Positions 16,694 through 26,219 of a stretch of DNA of 64,000 nucleotides are shown here, piece by piece. Origin of the DNA: Alphaproteobacteria bacterium (GTDB lineage: Bacteria > Pseudomonadota > Alphaproteobacteria > GCA-2731375); NCBI GenBank assembly GCA_965232515.1, contig CBDDPY010000002.1:1888001-1952000 (forward strand). The letters are read 5' to 3'. A program made the translations under genes and the position numbers. The stretch's first letter is position 1, and each line of letters starts with the position of its first letter. A model generated the notes under the pieces. That model did no database searches. It was not told the origin of the DNA and worked only from the letters and a program-made list of their open reading frames with translations.

Positions 16694-17698
16694 CTAGTGC
16701 AGGTCGAGCGACTGCATGCGTTTGACGTTGTAGTAGACCTCGCCCGTCATCGGGTCGGGCACGCGGCCGGCCGCGAAGGCATCACGCAGGCTCTGCACCG
16801 CGTCCGCGATGCTATGCCGCGGCACGAATCCGAGCTCATCGGCAATCTTCTGCGAGTTCACGCGGTACGAACGGTGATCGTCGGTCGGCGTTGTCACGAT
16901 CTCGACCGCCTGGCCAACGTTGTCGCGCACCATCTCGGCCAGCTCCATCACGGCGTGGTTCTCGTAGCCGGCGTTGAAGACCTTGCCGTCGATCGCGGCG
17001 TCCGGATACTGCAGGCACTGGACATAGAGGTCGGTCATGTCCTCGACATTGATGTTCGGCCGCTGCTGCCCGCCGCCGAACACTGTGATCCGGCCGTTGT
17101 TGATGGCGTGGTTGGTCAGGATGTTGACCGTCAGGTCCAGCCGCAGCCGCGGCGCGTAGCCGCAGACCGTCGCCGGCCGCAGCGTCAGGGCGGTGAAGCC
17201 GGGCTCGCGTTCGGCCTCCAGCACCTCCTCGCACATCGCCTTGAACTTGGAATAGTCGGTCAACGGCTCCAGCGACAATTCCTCGGTGACGTCGGCCTCG
17301 TCCTTGATGCCGTAAACGCTGGACGACGACGCGTAGATGAAGCGTTTGACGCCCGCGTCCTTCGCCGCCTTCACCATGGGCCGGAAGGCCTCGAAGTTGA
17401 TTGACCGACCGAGGTCCGGATCGAGCTCGAAGCTCGGATCGTTGGAAATGCACGCGAGATGGATCACCGCGTCGCAGCCCGTGAGCGCGTTCCGTACGGC
17501 GGCGATGTCGCGGATGTCGCCCCGGACCTTGCGCAGTTTCGGATGCGCGTCGCAACCGTTGAACACGTCGGTGCCATAGATGAAGAGATCGAGCACCGTG
17601 ACCTCATGGCCGGCATCGAGCAGTTTCGGCACCAGGCAGCTGCCGACATAGCCGGCGCCGCCGGTCACCATCACGCGCCAGTGCTTGTGTTCGGACAT
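16694..17698 (-). CDS. NAD-dependent nucleotide-sugar epimerase/dehydratase
   Basis: 'VTGGAGYVG', 'IHLACISNDP', 'ASSSSVYG', 'YSKFK' and 'LRPATVCG'. The ATG at 17698 overlaps the gmhA stop. Confidence 0.9.
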   Translation of the reverse strand: MSEHKHWRVMVTGGAGYVGSCLVPKLLDAGHEVTVLDLFIYGTDVFNGCDAHPKLRKVRGDIRDIAAVRNALTGCDAVIHLACISNDPSFELDPDLGRSINFEAFRPMVKAAKDAGVKRFIYASSSSVYGIKDEADVTEELSLEPLTDYSKFKAMCEEVLEAEREPGFTALTLRPATVCGYAPRLRLDLTVNILTNHAINNGRITVFGGGQQRPNINVEDMTDLYVQCLQYPDAAIDGKVFNAGYENHAVMELAEMVRDNVGQAVEIVTTPTDDHRSYRVNSQKIADELGFVPRHSIADAVQSLRDAFAAGRVPDPMTGEVYYNVKRMQSLDLH

Positions 17699-18306
17699 CA
17701 CGCCGCGCCTTTCCTGCTCCACAATCCCGCGTCCGCCGTCCAGCCCATGGCGATATCAAGGATCGCGTGGCAGACGATCTGGTGCATCAGCTCGACAAAG
17801 CCGTATTCCTCGGACGGTACATAGAAGTTCAAATCGCCCAGCCGGCGCAGCTTGTTGTCCGGGCCGAAGCCGCTCAGGCCGATGACGGTGCAACCGGCCT
17901 CGCGCGCCGCGCTGACGCCGTTGACGATGTCGGCCGAGTTGCCCGAACTGGAGATCGCGAACAGCACATCGCCCGGACGGCCGTGCAGCTCGATCTGCTG
18001 GGCGAAAATCTGATCGAAGCCAAAGTCGTTGCCCAGGCAGGTCAACGCCGCGCCATCGTTGAAGACCAACGCCGGGATGCCGCCGTTCTTGGCAAAGTCA
18101 TTCGCCATATGGCTGGCGATCGCGGCGCTGCCGCCATTGCCGATGAACATCAGCTTGTGCCCCCGACCGGCCGCCTCCTGCGTCAGCTCGATGGCGGCGT
18201 CGATAAAGCCCGCCATCGGCAGCCGGTCGCCCTCGCGGTCGGTGCTGACGGAACGGTCCGGCAGCTCGGCCAGGATGCGGAAATAGCTCTCCACGTCACT
18301 CTGCAT
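17698..18306 (-). CDS. gmhA: SIS-domain phosphosugar isomerase, GmhA (phosphoheptose isomerase)-like
   Basis: 'FIGNGGSAAIASH', 'TCLGNDFGFDQIFAQQ', 'GDVLFAISSSGNS' and 'ELMHQIVCH'. Confidence 0.85.
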   Translation of the reverse strand: MQSDVESYFRILAELPDRSVSTDREGDRLPMAGFIDAAIELTQEAAGRGHKLMFIGNGGSAAIASHMANDFAKNGGIPALVFNDGAALTCLGNDFGFDQIFAQQIELHGRPGDVLFAISSSGNSADIVNGVSAAREAGCTVIGLSGFGPDNKLRRLGDLNFYVPSEEYGFVELMHQIVCHAILDIAMGWTADAGLWSRKGAA

Positions 18307-18314
18307 CTACGGCA

Positions 18315-19895
18315 TCACTTCAGCAGCGCGGTCAGGAACTTCATCAGCGGCACCTTCGCCACCGACTCGCGATGGCCGACGATGCCGACCTTCATGGCGC
18401 CGACGGCGTTGCCGATCAGTCCCGCGACCGGCATGTCGGTGCCGTTGGCGACCAGCGGCGCGGTGACGCTCAGGAAGGCATCGCCGGCGCCGACGGTGTC
18501 GACCACCTGCCGCGTGAACGCCGGCACCTTGTGCAAACCGGTCTCCAGGTCGAAGGTCAGGCAGCCGTTCTGGCCATGGGTGACGACGATGCGGTCGCAG
18601 TCGATCTGCTCGCGTAGCGGCCCTTGGACCAGACGGCCGAGATCGGTGAAACGGTCGCGCACCGCCAGCCGCGCCTCGGGCGCGTCGATACAGACATAGT
18701 CGGCGCGGCGATAGCGCGTCACCGGGTTATAGCCCAGGTTGGCGCTGTTGCTCTGCGCGTTGACGGCCAGGAACGGCGCCGCGTCGACGACCACGTCGAC
18801 CGCCCGCGGCGTCATCATGCCGTGGCCGAAATCGTTCACGATGGTCAGATCGAATTCGTGCGCCAGGTCGCCGATCTGCTGGCATAGCGTGTCTTCCTGG
18901 GCGCCCGACAGCGGCGTGTCGTCGAAGTGGTAGACCTCGAACAGCTTGCGCATATGGCCGGGATCGACGAACCGGCATTTCCGGATCGTCGGCACACCCG
19001 GCAGGCGCAGGAAATGCAACTGCACGTTGTCGCGCACCGAATCCCGGATGAGGTCCTCGTGGCTGTCGTCATCGCCGATGCAGGTGACGACGTCGACCTG
19101 CTCGACGAAGTCGGCGATATGGTTGGCCGAGGCGATCACGCCGCCGGCGAACATCTCCCGCCCCTCGTACCGGGTGGCGATGATGTTCTCCTTGGCCGAT
19201 TTGCCCATCGGCGCGGTGTACTGGTATTCGTCGACGATGGCCTCGCCGACCATCAGCACCCGCTTGTCGGCCAGCGCCTCGATCGCCGCCAGCGCCTTCG
19301 CCTGACCGCCGCTGTCGCGCATGCGGGCGAGGTACTCGGCGACTTCCGAGTCGTAGACGTTCAGATGCCGGTTGATCAGCGCCGAGGACGAAAAGGTGAT
19401 GTCGTCGGTAAAGACGATGCGGCCGCCCAACCCCTCGACCAGCTCACGCTCGCGGCGGATGTTGCCGGTGACGTCCTCGGTCTCGTCGGCGTAGTCCTGG
19501 CCCTTGATATAGACATCCGGCGCGACCATGCGCAGGACACCCTCGGCCGTGGGCCAGTTGCTGACGCCGACCCAGTCGACATATTCCAGCGCCGCCAACA
19601 TCTCCGCCCGCATGTCCTGGGCGAATACCGGCCGGCCCGGCCCCTTGTTCACGTAACGGTCCGCCGTCAGCGTGACGAACAGCAGATCGCCCTCCGCACG
19701 CGCGGCTTCCAAATGGCGGACATGGCCCATATGCAACAAATCGAAAACACCGTGGGCCAGGACAACGGTCTGGCCGCGCTGCCGGGAGTGCTTGGCAATC
19801 GCGGCCATCTCCTCGATCGTTCTGACTTTGTCCCGCGCGCGCACGGGCAACGGATCGAGCGATGCGAGGTTGGCCTGAACTCCTGATTGCACCAT
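18315..19895 (-). CDS. Bifunctional nucleotidyltransferase + PfkB kinase (HldE/RfaE-like, reversed domain order)
   Basis: N-terminal 'HGVFDLLHMGH' (HxGH), 'KGPGRP' and 'YIKGQDY'; C-terminal PfkB motif 'DTVGAGDAF'. Confidence 0.88.
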   Translation of the reverse strand: MVQSGVQANLASLDPLPVRARDKVRTIEEMAAIAKHSRQRGQTVVLAHGVFDLLHMGHVRHLEAARAEGDLLFVTLTADRYVNKGPGRPVFAQDMRAEMLAALEYVDWVGVSNWPTAEGVLRMVAPDVYIKGQDYADETEDVTGNIRRERELVEGLGGRIVFTDDITFSSSALINRHLNVYDSEVAEYLARMRDSGGQAKALAAIEALADKRVLMVGEAIVDEYQYTAPMGKSAKENIIATRYEGREMFAGGVIASANHIADFVEQVDVVTCIGDDDSHEDLIRDSVRDNVQLHFLRLPGVPTIRKCRFVDPGHMRKLFEVYHFDDTPLSGAQEDTLCQQIGDLAHEFDLTIVNDFGHGMMTPRAVDVVVDAAPFLAVNAQSNSANLGYNPVTRYRRADYVCIDAPEARLAVRDRFTDLGRLVQGPLREQIDCDRIVVTHGQNGCLTFDLETGLHKVPAFTRQVVDTVGAGDAFLSVTAPLVANGTDMPVAGLIGNAVGAMKVGIVGHRESVAKVPLMKFLTALLK

Positions 19896-20104
19896 GTCCC
19901 ACTCTCCCTGACGCGCGACGGCGCCGGCGTTGGGCACGACTGTGGCGGGACGGGTCTTAATAACGGGTAAAATGCCGCTAAATCCCACGCCAATTTTTCA
20001 ATCCGCGTTAACCATGTCCTTGCACCGGACGTTAACGGCGTGCCGCCAGGATGGGCCACCGAAAAGGCCAACCGCGGCAAGGAACAGATTGGATTTCCGG
20101 GGTC

Positions 20105-22864
20105 ATGAACGGCATCAACGGCACCAACGGCGGGTTAACCATCGCCTTCTTCGACACGTCCGTGCTGGCCGACTATTACGCGGCCGGCGCGAACCTGAGC
20201 GAAGTGACGCTGCGCAAGACCTTCGAGGCCCAGGGTCTGAACAGCAGCATCAACAGGGGCGACGCCGCCGTCATCCCGCCATGGGAAGCGCCGCCGCAGG
20301 AAGCGCCCGAAGATCCGCTCGAGAGCATCTTCTCGTCCGGTCCGCTGATCGATCTCGACGACCCGCTGGTCGCCAACGCCGGCGACGACGAGAACTTCAA
20401 GAACCTGTTCGCGCTCTACCGCGGCCTGTCGCGCGTCACCGAGCTCACCGAGTTCGCCCGGACCGATCCCCGGGCCGAGACCATGCGGACGCTGCTGGAC
20501 CGCAAGCTGCAGGACTACATCACCGAGATCGAAAGCTTCGTTGCCAAGCTCGATCTGGACGACGTCACCGTGGTTCAGGGGCTGAAGGAGAGCGACCTCA
20601 CCTCGACGCTGTTCCTGGCGAAGGAAGTCGCGAAGACCTCGCCCGTACATTTCGGCGCCGTCGTCTCGGAGGTCCGCGACGACGCCATCCCGGGCCTCAC
20701 CGGCACCGAGAAGTTCACCATCACCGCCACCACGTCGGGCGGTACCAAGAATGTGAGCATTGATCTCAGCGCGGTCAGCGGCACACTCAACGTCGACAAC
20801 ATCTCCAGCTACATCAACAGCCAGCTCGCCGCCAACAGCGTCACCTCGACGGTCAATGTCGAGCGCACCAACGAATTCGCCTACGGCTTCCGGGTCAACA
20901 TGTCGACCACGGAGACGCTGACGTTCAGCGCCGACGCGGCCAGCGAGTCGCCGGCCGTCTATCTCGCCGGCACCAGCGGCTTCGGCGACAATTCGAACGG
21001 TTATCTGCTCAAGCTGGACGATCTCGGCGCCGCCAGCCCGAACCAGGTCTTCCGCACCAACATCGATACCACGGCGGCCGACTCGGCCAACGCCGTCGCC
21101 GTCGACAGCAAGGGCTTCGCCTACACCGTCGGCAGCACCGGTGGCGACATCGGCACCCAGACCAACAACGCCAGCGAAGACGTCTATCTGCGCAAGTACG
21201 ACGCCGCCGGCGTGCTGATCTGGTCGCGCCTGCTGGGCGCCACCGACCAGGCCAACGGCTTCTCTGTCGCGGTCGACGCCAACGACAACATCATCGTCGG
21301 CGGCCAGACCAACGCGCCGCTCAGCGACACGGCGATCGGCGGCGGCTACGACACCTTCGTGACCAAATACAACAGCAACGGCGACGAGCAGTTCACCCGT
21401 CAGTTCGCGCCGATATCCGATGACGCCGCGCTCAGCGTCACCGCCAATGCCGCCGGCGAGATCTTCATCGCCGGTTACGCGAAAGGCACGGTCGGGACCG
21501 GCACCACCCACAACGGCGGCGCCGACGCCTATGTCACCAAGCTCGATGCCAGCGGCAACCTGCTCTACAACAAGCAGTTCGGCGGCAGCGGCGACGACCG
21601 CGCCACCGGCATCGCCATCGACGCGTCGGGCAACATCTTCGTCGCCGCGGAAAGCGACGGCAACGCGGTCTTGCGCAAATACGCCGACAGCGACGCCAGC
21701 CAGACGCCGATCTGGGAAGCGAACCTCGGCGCCATCGGCAGCGACGGCACGGTCGCCGGCCTCGCCATCGGCAGCAACGGCAATGTCTATGTCACCGGCA
21801 GCACCAGCAACGGATCGCTGAACGGCAGCGTCGCGCAGGCTCATTCCGGCGGCGTCGACTCCTTCGTCAGCCAGATCACCGACAACGGCACCAGCGCGAC
21901 GCTCGGCTTCGTCTCTTATGTCGGCAGCAGCGGCACGGATCGGGCCGGCGGCATCGCCGTGCGCCCGAACGCGGGCGCCGACGAGATCTATATCACCGGC
22001 AACACCGACGGATCGGTCGCCGGCCAGGCCTCGGTCGGCGAGACCGACGCTTTCGCCGTCAAGGTCAACAGCAGCGGCACGACGGTATGGGGCCACCAGT
22101 TCGGCGGCGGCTTCAACCACAGCGGCAACGCCATCGCCTTCGACGAAAACGGCACGTCAGTGCTGTCGCGGCTCGGCCTTCCGGGCGGCACGCTGCCGTT
22201 GTCGCCGCCCGAGGAGGTCATCAACCTCACCTCCGCGCGGCCGGGTCAGTATTTCGAGATTTCGGTCGACGGCGCGTCGTCGCGGCGCGTCACCATCGAG
22301 AACGACGACAGCCTCGGATTCCTCGCCTTCAAGATCAACCGCATCCTGGGCGACGCCGGCCGGGCGACAATCGAAAACGAGATCGACGGCCGGGTGATCA
22401 AAATCGAGGCCAAGAACGAAAAACGCATCGACATTATCGCCGGCGCCGACGGCTTCAACGCGCTGGCTCCGCTCGGCCTGCGCGAGGTTACGCTGTTCGG
22501 CGAGCCACTGGTCGAAGACGAGGATGAAGAGCTCTTCGATCTGGGCGACCGCGTCGACAGCGACGACGACACGGAGGAGAGCGGCAACGCCTCCGTGTTC
22601 GCGCTGGGCATCATCGACGGCCTTAACGTCAAGACCAAGCAGGCCGCGGAAGATGCCGGCGTGATCTTCGACGAGGCCCTGCGCAATGTCCGCGAAGCCT
22701 ATAAGTTCATTACCGATACCGGCGAGACAACAAACAACTTCCTGGCCGGCGCGCAGCAGATCAGCGCCGCCGACCAGGCCAAGATCAATGAGCTGAACTT
22801 CGCGCTCGAACGCCTGCAGTCGGCCAGCCTGAACAGCAGTAGCGCGATCTCGCTGTTGACCTGA
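20105..22864 (+). CDS. flaEY: FlaEY/FlaY-like flagellar protein with central beta-propeller (SBBP-type) repeats
   Basis: The N-terminal 'PPWE...FKNLFALYRGLS...LDDVTVVQG' recalls Caulobacter FlaEY. Repeats such as 'AVAVDSKGFAYTVGST', 'DAYVTKLDASGNLLY' and 'GIAIDASGNIFV' follow. Confidence 0.7.
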   Translation: MNGINGTNGGLTIAFFDTSVLADYYAAGANLSEVTLRKTFEAQGLNSSINRGDAAVIPPWEAPPQEAPEDPLESIFSSGPLIDLDDPLVANAGDDENFKNLFALYRGLSRVTELTEFARTDPRAETMRTLLDRKLQDYITEIESFVAKLDLDDVTVVQGLKESDLTSTLFLAKEVAKTSPVHFGAVVSEVRDDAIPGLTGTEKFTITATTSGGTKNVSIDLSAVSGTLNVDNISSYINSQLAANSVTSTVNVERTNEFAYGFRVNMSTTETLTFSADAASESPAVYLAGTSGFGDNSNGYLLKLDDLGAASPNQVFRTNIDTTAADSANAVAVDSKGFAYTVGSTGGDIGTQTNNASEDVYLRKYDAAGVLIWSRLLGATDQANGFSVAVDANDNIIVGGQTNAPLSDTAIGGGYDTFVTKYNSNGDEQFTRQFAPISDDAALSVTANAAGEIFIAGYAKGTVGTGTTHNGGADAYVTKLDASGNLLYNKQFGGSGDDRATGIAIDASGNIFVAAESDGNAVLRKYADSDASQTPIWEANLGAIGSDGTVAGLAIGSNGNVYVTGSTSNGSLNGSVAQAHSGGVDSFVSQITDNGTSATLGFVSYVGSSGTDRAGGIAVRPNAGADEIYITGNTDGSVAGQASVGETDAFAVKVNSSGTTVWGHQFGGGFNHSGNAIAFDENGTSVLSRLGLPGGTLPLSPPEEVINLTSARPGQYFEISVDGASSRRVTIENDDSLGFLAFKINRILGDAGRATIENEIDGRVIKIEAKNEKRIDIIAGADGFNALAPLGLREVTLFGEPLVEDEDEELFDLGDRVDSDDDTEESGNASVFALGIIDGLNVKTKQAAEDAGVIFDEALRNVREAYKFITDTGETTNNFLAGAQQISAADQAKINELNFALERLQSASLNSSSAISLLT

Positions 22865-22933
22865 CCGCCGGCCGGCTTGACCGGCCGAAACGCCGCCTCC
22901 TAAGCTGCCGTCCGAAACCCGGACGGCGCATTC

Positions 22934-23959
22934 ATGACATCCACCGAAATCGACGACACGCGCGCCCTGGATGAGGTGCGCGCGGCCCTTGAGCACCTTG
23001 GCTTGGTCCCGCCGGGATCTGAGCCCGTGTTCGAGCGGTTGACCGGCGGGGTGTCGTCCGACATTTGGAAGGTCGAGGCGCCCCAAGGAACGATCTGCGT
23101 CAAGCGCGCCCTGCCCCAGCTCCGCGTCGCCCAGGTCTGGCGCGCGCCGGTCGGCCGCAACGCGGCCGAATACGACTGGATGGAGACCGCCGGGCGCATC
23201 GTGCCGGACGCCGTGCCACGGCTGCTGGGTCACGATCCCGACGCCGGCCTGTTCGCCATGGCTTATCTCGCGCCCGACGACCATCCGGTTTGGAAACAGC
23301 GTCTGCACGATGGCGTTGCCGAGCCCGAAACCGCGCGCGCGGTTGCCGAACGGCTTGTCGCCATCCACGCCGGCACCGCGAACGACGGCGAGGTCGCCAC
23401 GCGTTTCGCGCACGACGACACCTTCCACGCCATCCGGCTCGAACCCTATCTCGAGGCGACGGCACGCGCGCATCCGGACCTGGCCGAGCCGCTGCTGGCG
23501 CTCGTCGCCACCACGGCGGCGACCCGGCGCGCGTTGATCCACGGCGACGTCAGCCCGAAGAACATCCTGATCGGCCCGAACGGCCCGGTCTTCCTCGACG
23601 CGGAATGCGCCTGCTACGGCGACCCCGCCTTCGATCTCGCCTTCTGCCTCAACCACCTGCTGCTGAAGTGCCTCTGGACGCCATCGGCCAGCCCGGGCTT
23701 CCACGCCTGCTTCACGGCCATGGCGTCGGCCTATCTCGACCGCGTGACATGGGAGCCGGCGGCCGAGGTCGAGGCCCGGACGGCGCATCTGCTGCCGGGC
23801 CTGCTGCTGGCCCGTGTCGACGGCAAATCGCCGGTCGAATACCTGACCGACGAGGCCGATAAGGATCGGGTGCGCCGGGTCGCGCGCCGCCTGCTGCTGT
23901 CGCCGGTCCAGCGTCTGAACGACATCGATGCCGCCTGGGCGGCGGAGCTTGAGACATGA
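22934..23959 (+). CDS. APH-fold small-molecule kinase (methylthioribose-kinase-like)
   Basis: 'LTGGVSSDIW', 'CVKRALPQLRV', 'HGDVSPKNIL' and 'FLDAECACYGDPAFD'. Confidence 0.85.
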   Translation: MTSTEIDDTRALDEVRAALEHLGLVPPGSEPVFERLTGGVSSDIWKVEAPQGTICVKRALPQLRVAQVWRAPVGRNAAEYDWMETAGRIVPDAVPRLLGHDPDAGLFAMAYLAPDDHPVWKQRLHDGVAEPETARAVAERLVAIHAGTANDGEVATRFAHDDTFHAIRLEPYLEATARAHPDLAEPLLALVATTAATRRALIHGDVSPKNILIGPNGPVFLDAECACYGDPAFDLAFCLNHLLLKCLWTPSASPGFHACFTAMASAYLDRVTWEPAAEVEARTAHLLPGLLLARVDGKSPVEYLTDEADKDRVRRVARRLLLSPVQRLNDIDAAWAAELET

Positions 23960-25245
23960 GCGAGACCACCATCGTTGGCCTCATCGGCCGCCGAGTCTGG
24001 GATTCCCGCGGCCGTCCCACCGTCGAGACCGAGGTCAAGCTCGCCGGTGGCGCCGTCGGCCGCGCCATCGCCCCGGCCGGCGCCTCGACCGGCTCGGGCG
24101 AGGCCGTCGATCTGCGCGAGGGCGGCGACCGATTCGGCGGCTACGACGTCCGCAATGCCGTCGCCAATGTCGGCAACCGGATTGCGCCGGCGCTGACCGG
24201 CCTCGACGCCGCCGACCAGGCCGCTATCGACCGCGCGCTCTGCGAACTCGACGGTACGGCCAATAAGTCCCGCCTCGGCGGCAACGCCATGATCGCCGTG
24301 TCGATGGCCGTGCTGCACGCCACGGCGACCGCCGCGAACCGGCCACTCTGGCGTTACCTCTGCGGCGACGCCGCCGTCCGCCTGCCCCTGCCCGAGATCC
24401 AGATCTTCGGCGGCGGCGCGCACGCGGCCCGTCGGGTCGACGTGCAGGACTTCATGATCGTCTGCCCCGGCGCCGACAGTTTCACGCAGGCGCTCGACTG
24501 GACGGCGGAAGTCTATCTCGCCGCCGGACGCCTGATGGCCGACGCCGGCCTGCTGCAGGGCGTCGCCGACGAGGGCGGCTACTGGCCCGCCTTCGACACC
24601 AACGAAGCCGCCCTCGACGCCCTGCTGCGGGCGATCGAGACGGCCGGCTTCACGCCGGGCGCCGACGTCGCGATCTCGCTCGACATCGCCGCCTCCGAGT
24701 TCGGCGACGCCAACGGCTACCGTCTCGGCCTCGAGGGCCGCAGCCTCGACAGCGACGGCCTCTGCGGCCTGATCGGCGACTGGCTCGACCGCTATCCGAT
24801 CCTCTCGGTCGAGGACCCGCTGGCGGAAGACGACGACGCCGGCATGCGGCGCTTCACCGCGGCCTATGGCGAACGGGTGCAGATTATCGGCGACGACTAT
24901 CTTGTCACCAACGCCGCCCGCGTGCGCGACGCGGCCGCCGCCGGCGCCTGCAACGCGGTATTGGTGAAACCGAACCAGGCCGGCACCGTTACCGAAACCA
25001 AGGCCGCGCTCGATGCCGCCCGCGCCGCCGGCTGGGGCGCCGTGGTCTCGGCCCGCTCCGGCGAAACGGAAGACGTCACCATCGCCCACCTCGCCGTCGG
25101 TTGGGACGCCGGCCAGCTCAAGGTCGGTTCCTTCAGCCGATCCGAACGCATGGCCAAATGGAACGAGGTGCTCAGGATCGAGGAGGCGCTGGGATCGGCG
25201 GCGGTGTTTGCCGGGGGCGGCATTCTGCCGGATTGGCAGGGTTAG
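23956..25245 (+). CDS. eno: Enolase (divergent paralog)
   Basis: 'DSRGRPTVE', 'PAGASTG', 'DEGG', 'EDP', 'IIGDD', 'LVKPNQAGT' and 'RSGETED'. ATGA overlap with the kinase. Confidence 0.88.
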   Translation: MSETTIVGLIGRRVWDSRGRPTVETEVKLAGGAVGRAIAPAGASTGSGEAVDLREGGDRFGGYDVRNAVANVGNRIAPALTGLDAADQAAIDRALCELDGTANKSRLGGNAMIAVSMAVLHATATAANRPLWRYLCGDAAVRLPLPEIQIFGGGAHAARRVDVQDFMIVCPGADSFTQALDWTAEVYLAAGRLMADAGLLQGVADEGGYWPAFDTNEAALDALLRAIETAGFTPGADVAISLDIAASEFGDANGYRLGLEGRSLDSDGLCGLIGDWLDRYPILSVEDPLAEDDDAGMRRFTAAYGERVQIIGDDYLVTNAARVRDAAAAGACNAVLVKPNQAGTVTETKAALDAARAAGWGAVVSARSGETEDVTIAHLAVGWDAGQLKVGSFSRSERMAKWNEVLRIEEALGSAAVFAGGGILPDWQG

Positions 25246-25252
25246 AGACAGG

Positions 25253-26218
25253 CTACTGCTGCTGTTGTTGCTGTTGCTGCTGCAGGAATTCGTCCTCCTG
25301 CGCCCTTGCCGCCGCGGCCGGCATCGGCCGGATCACCAGCAGCTGCTCGTCGTCCTGCGGCACCGGCTCCGACGGCGAGACCTTGACCGAGACCGCGAGC
25401 TCGCTCTCTGCCGCGCCGCGATAGACACCGCGCGACGGCGGCACGTCAGCATAGTCCCGGCCGATGGCGACACGGATGTGACGACCGCCCGCGAGCATGT
25501 TGTTGGTCGGATCGAAGCCGATCCAGCCGAGGTCCGGCAGCAACGCCTCGATCCAGGCATGCGAGGCGCCGTCCACCGACCGATCTTCGGTCTCGTCGCT
25601 TTGCGCCAGGTAGCCGCTGACATAACGGCACGGTATGCCCAGCCCCCGCACCGCGGCGATCATGATATGGGCGAAATCCTGACAGACGCCCTTGCGCGAT
25701 TCCAGCGCATGGTCGATCTCGGAATCGACCGACGTGTGCCGCTGCACATAGTCGAAGGCATCGTAGATCACCTGGTTGATGCGCTTCAGCGTCGAGAGCG
25801 GATCGCCGTTGCGTACCAGCGCGTGCTCGCGGCAGAAGTCGGCCAGCAGCTCGGTCGGCGTCGCAAACGCGCTGGGCTGCAGCATGTCCCAATGCTCGCC
25901 CGACTCGGCCGTCCGGTCGACCGCCTGCCAGGAATCGCCGTTCAGCCGCTCGGGCAGCTCCGGCTGCGCGCCGACATCGACGCGGGCCGAGGCCACCAGC
26001 ACCAGTTCCTGGTGCCGGCCCGGCACGTCGAAGTGATAGACCGCGTTCCCGCGGTGATCGAGATAGGCGAAGATCTGCGAATGCGGCCGGGTCAGCAGCC
26101 GGAAGTCCCGGCACTGCTGGGGCGCGTCGCTGCGCGGCTGCATGCGAACTTCCATCAGGCTCTCGGTGATCGGATCGCTGTAGCGGAAGCGTGTGATATG
26201 TCGGATCGCGTAGTGCAT
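25253..26218 (-). CDS. Transglutaminase-like protein (bacterial N-terminal domain + core) with C-terminal poly-Q
   Basis: 'IRHITRFRY'; catalytic triad in 'GVCQDFAH', 'SHAW' and 'GFDPTN'; 'GRDYADVPP'. Confidence 0.92.
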   Translation of the reverse strand: MHYAIRHITRFRYSDPITESLMEVRMQPRSDAPQQCRDFRLLTRPHSQIFAYLDHRGNAVYHFDVPGRHQELVLVASARVDVGAQPELPERLNGDSWQAVDRTAESGEHWDMLQPSAFATPTELLADFCREHALVRNGDPLSTLKRINQVIYDAFDYVQRHTSVDSEIDHALESRKGVCQDFAHIMIAAVRGLGIPCRYVSGYLAQSDETEDRSVDGASHAWIEALLPDLGWIGFDPTNNMLAGGRHIRVAIGRDYADVPPSRGVYRGAAESELAVSVKVSPSEPVPQDDEQLLVIRPMPAAAARAQEDEFLQQQQQQQQQ

Positions 26219-26219
26219 G

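Noticed and set aside
19957-20036. TTAA/GTTAAC half-sites in the divergent gap between the HldE-like and FlaEY-like genes as CtrA boxes
   Set aside because: Spacing and second half-sites do not fit TTAA-N7-TTAA well. Suggestive only.
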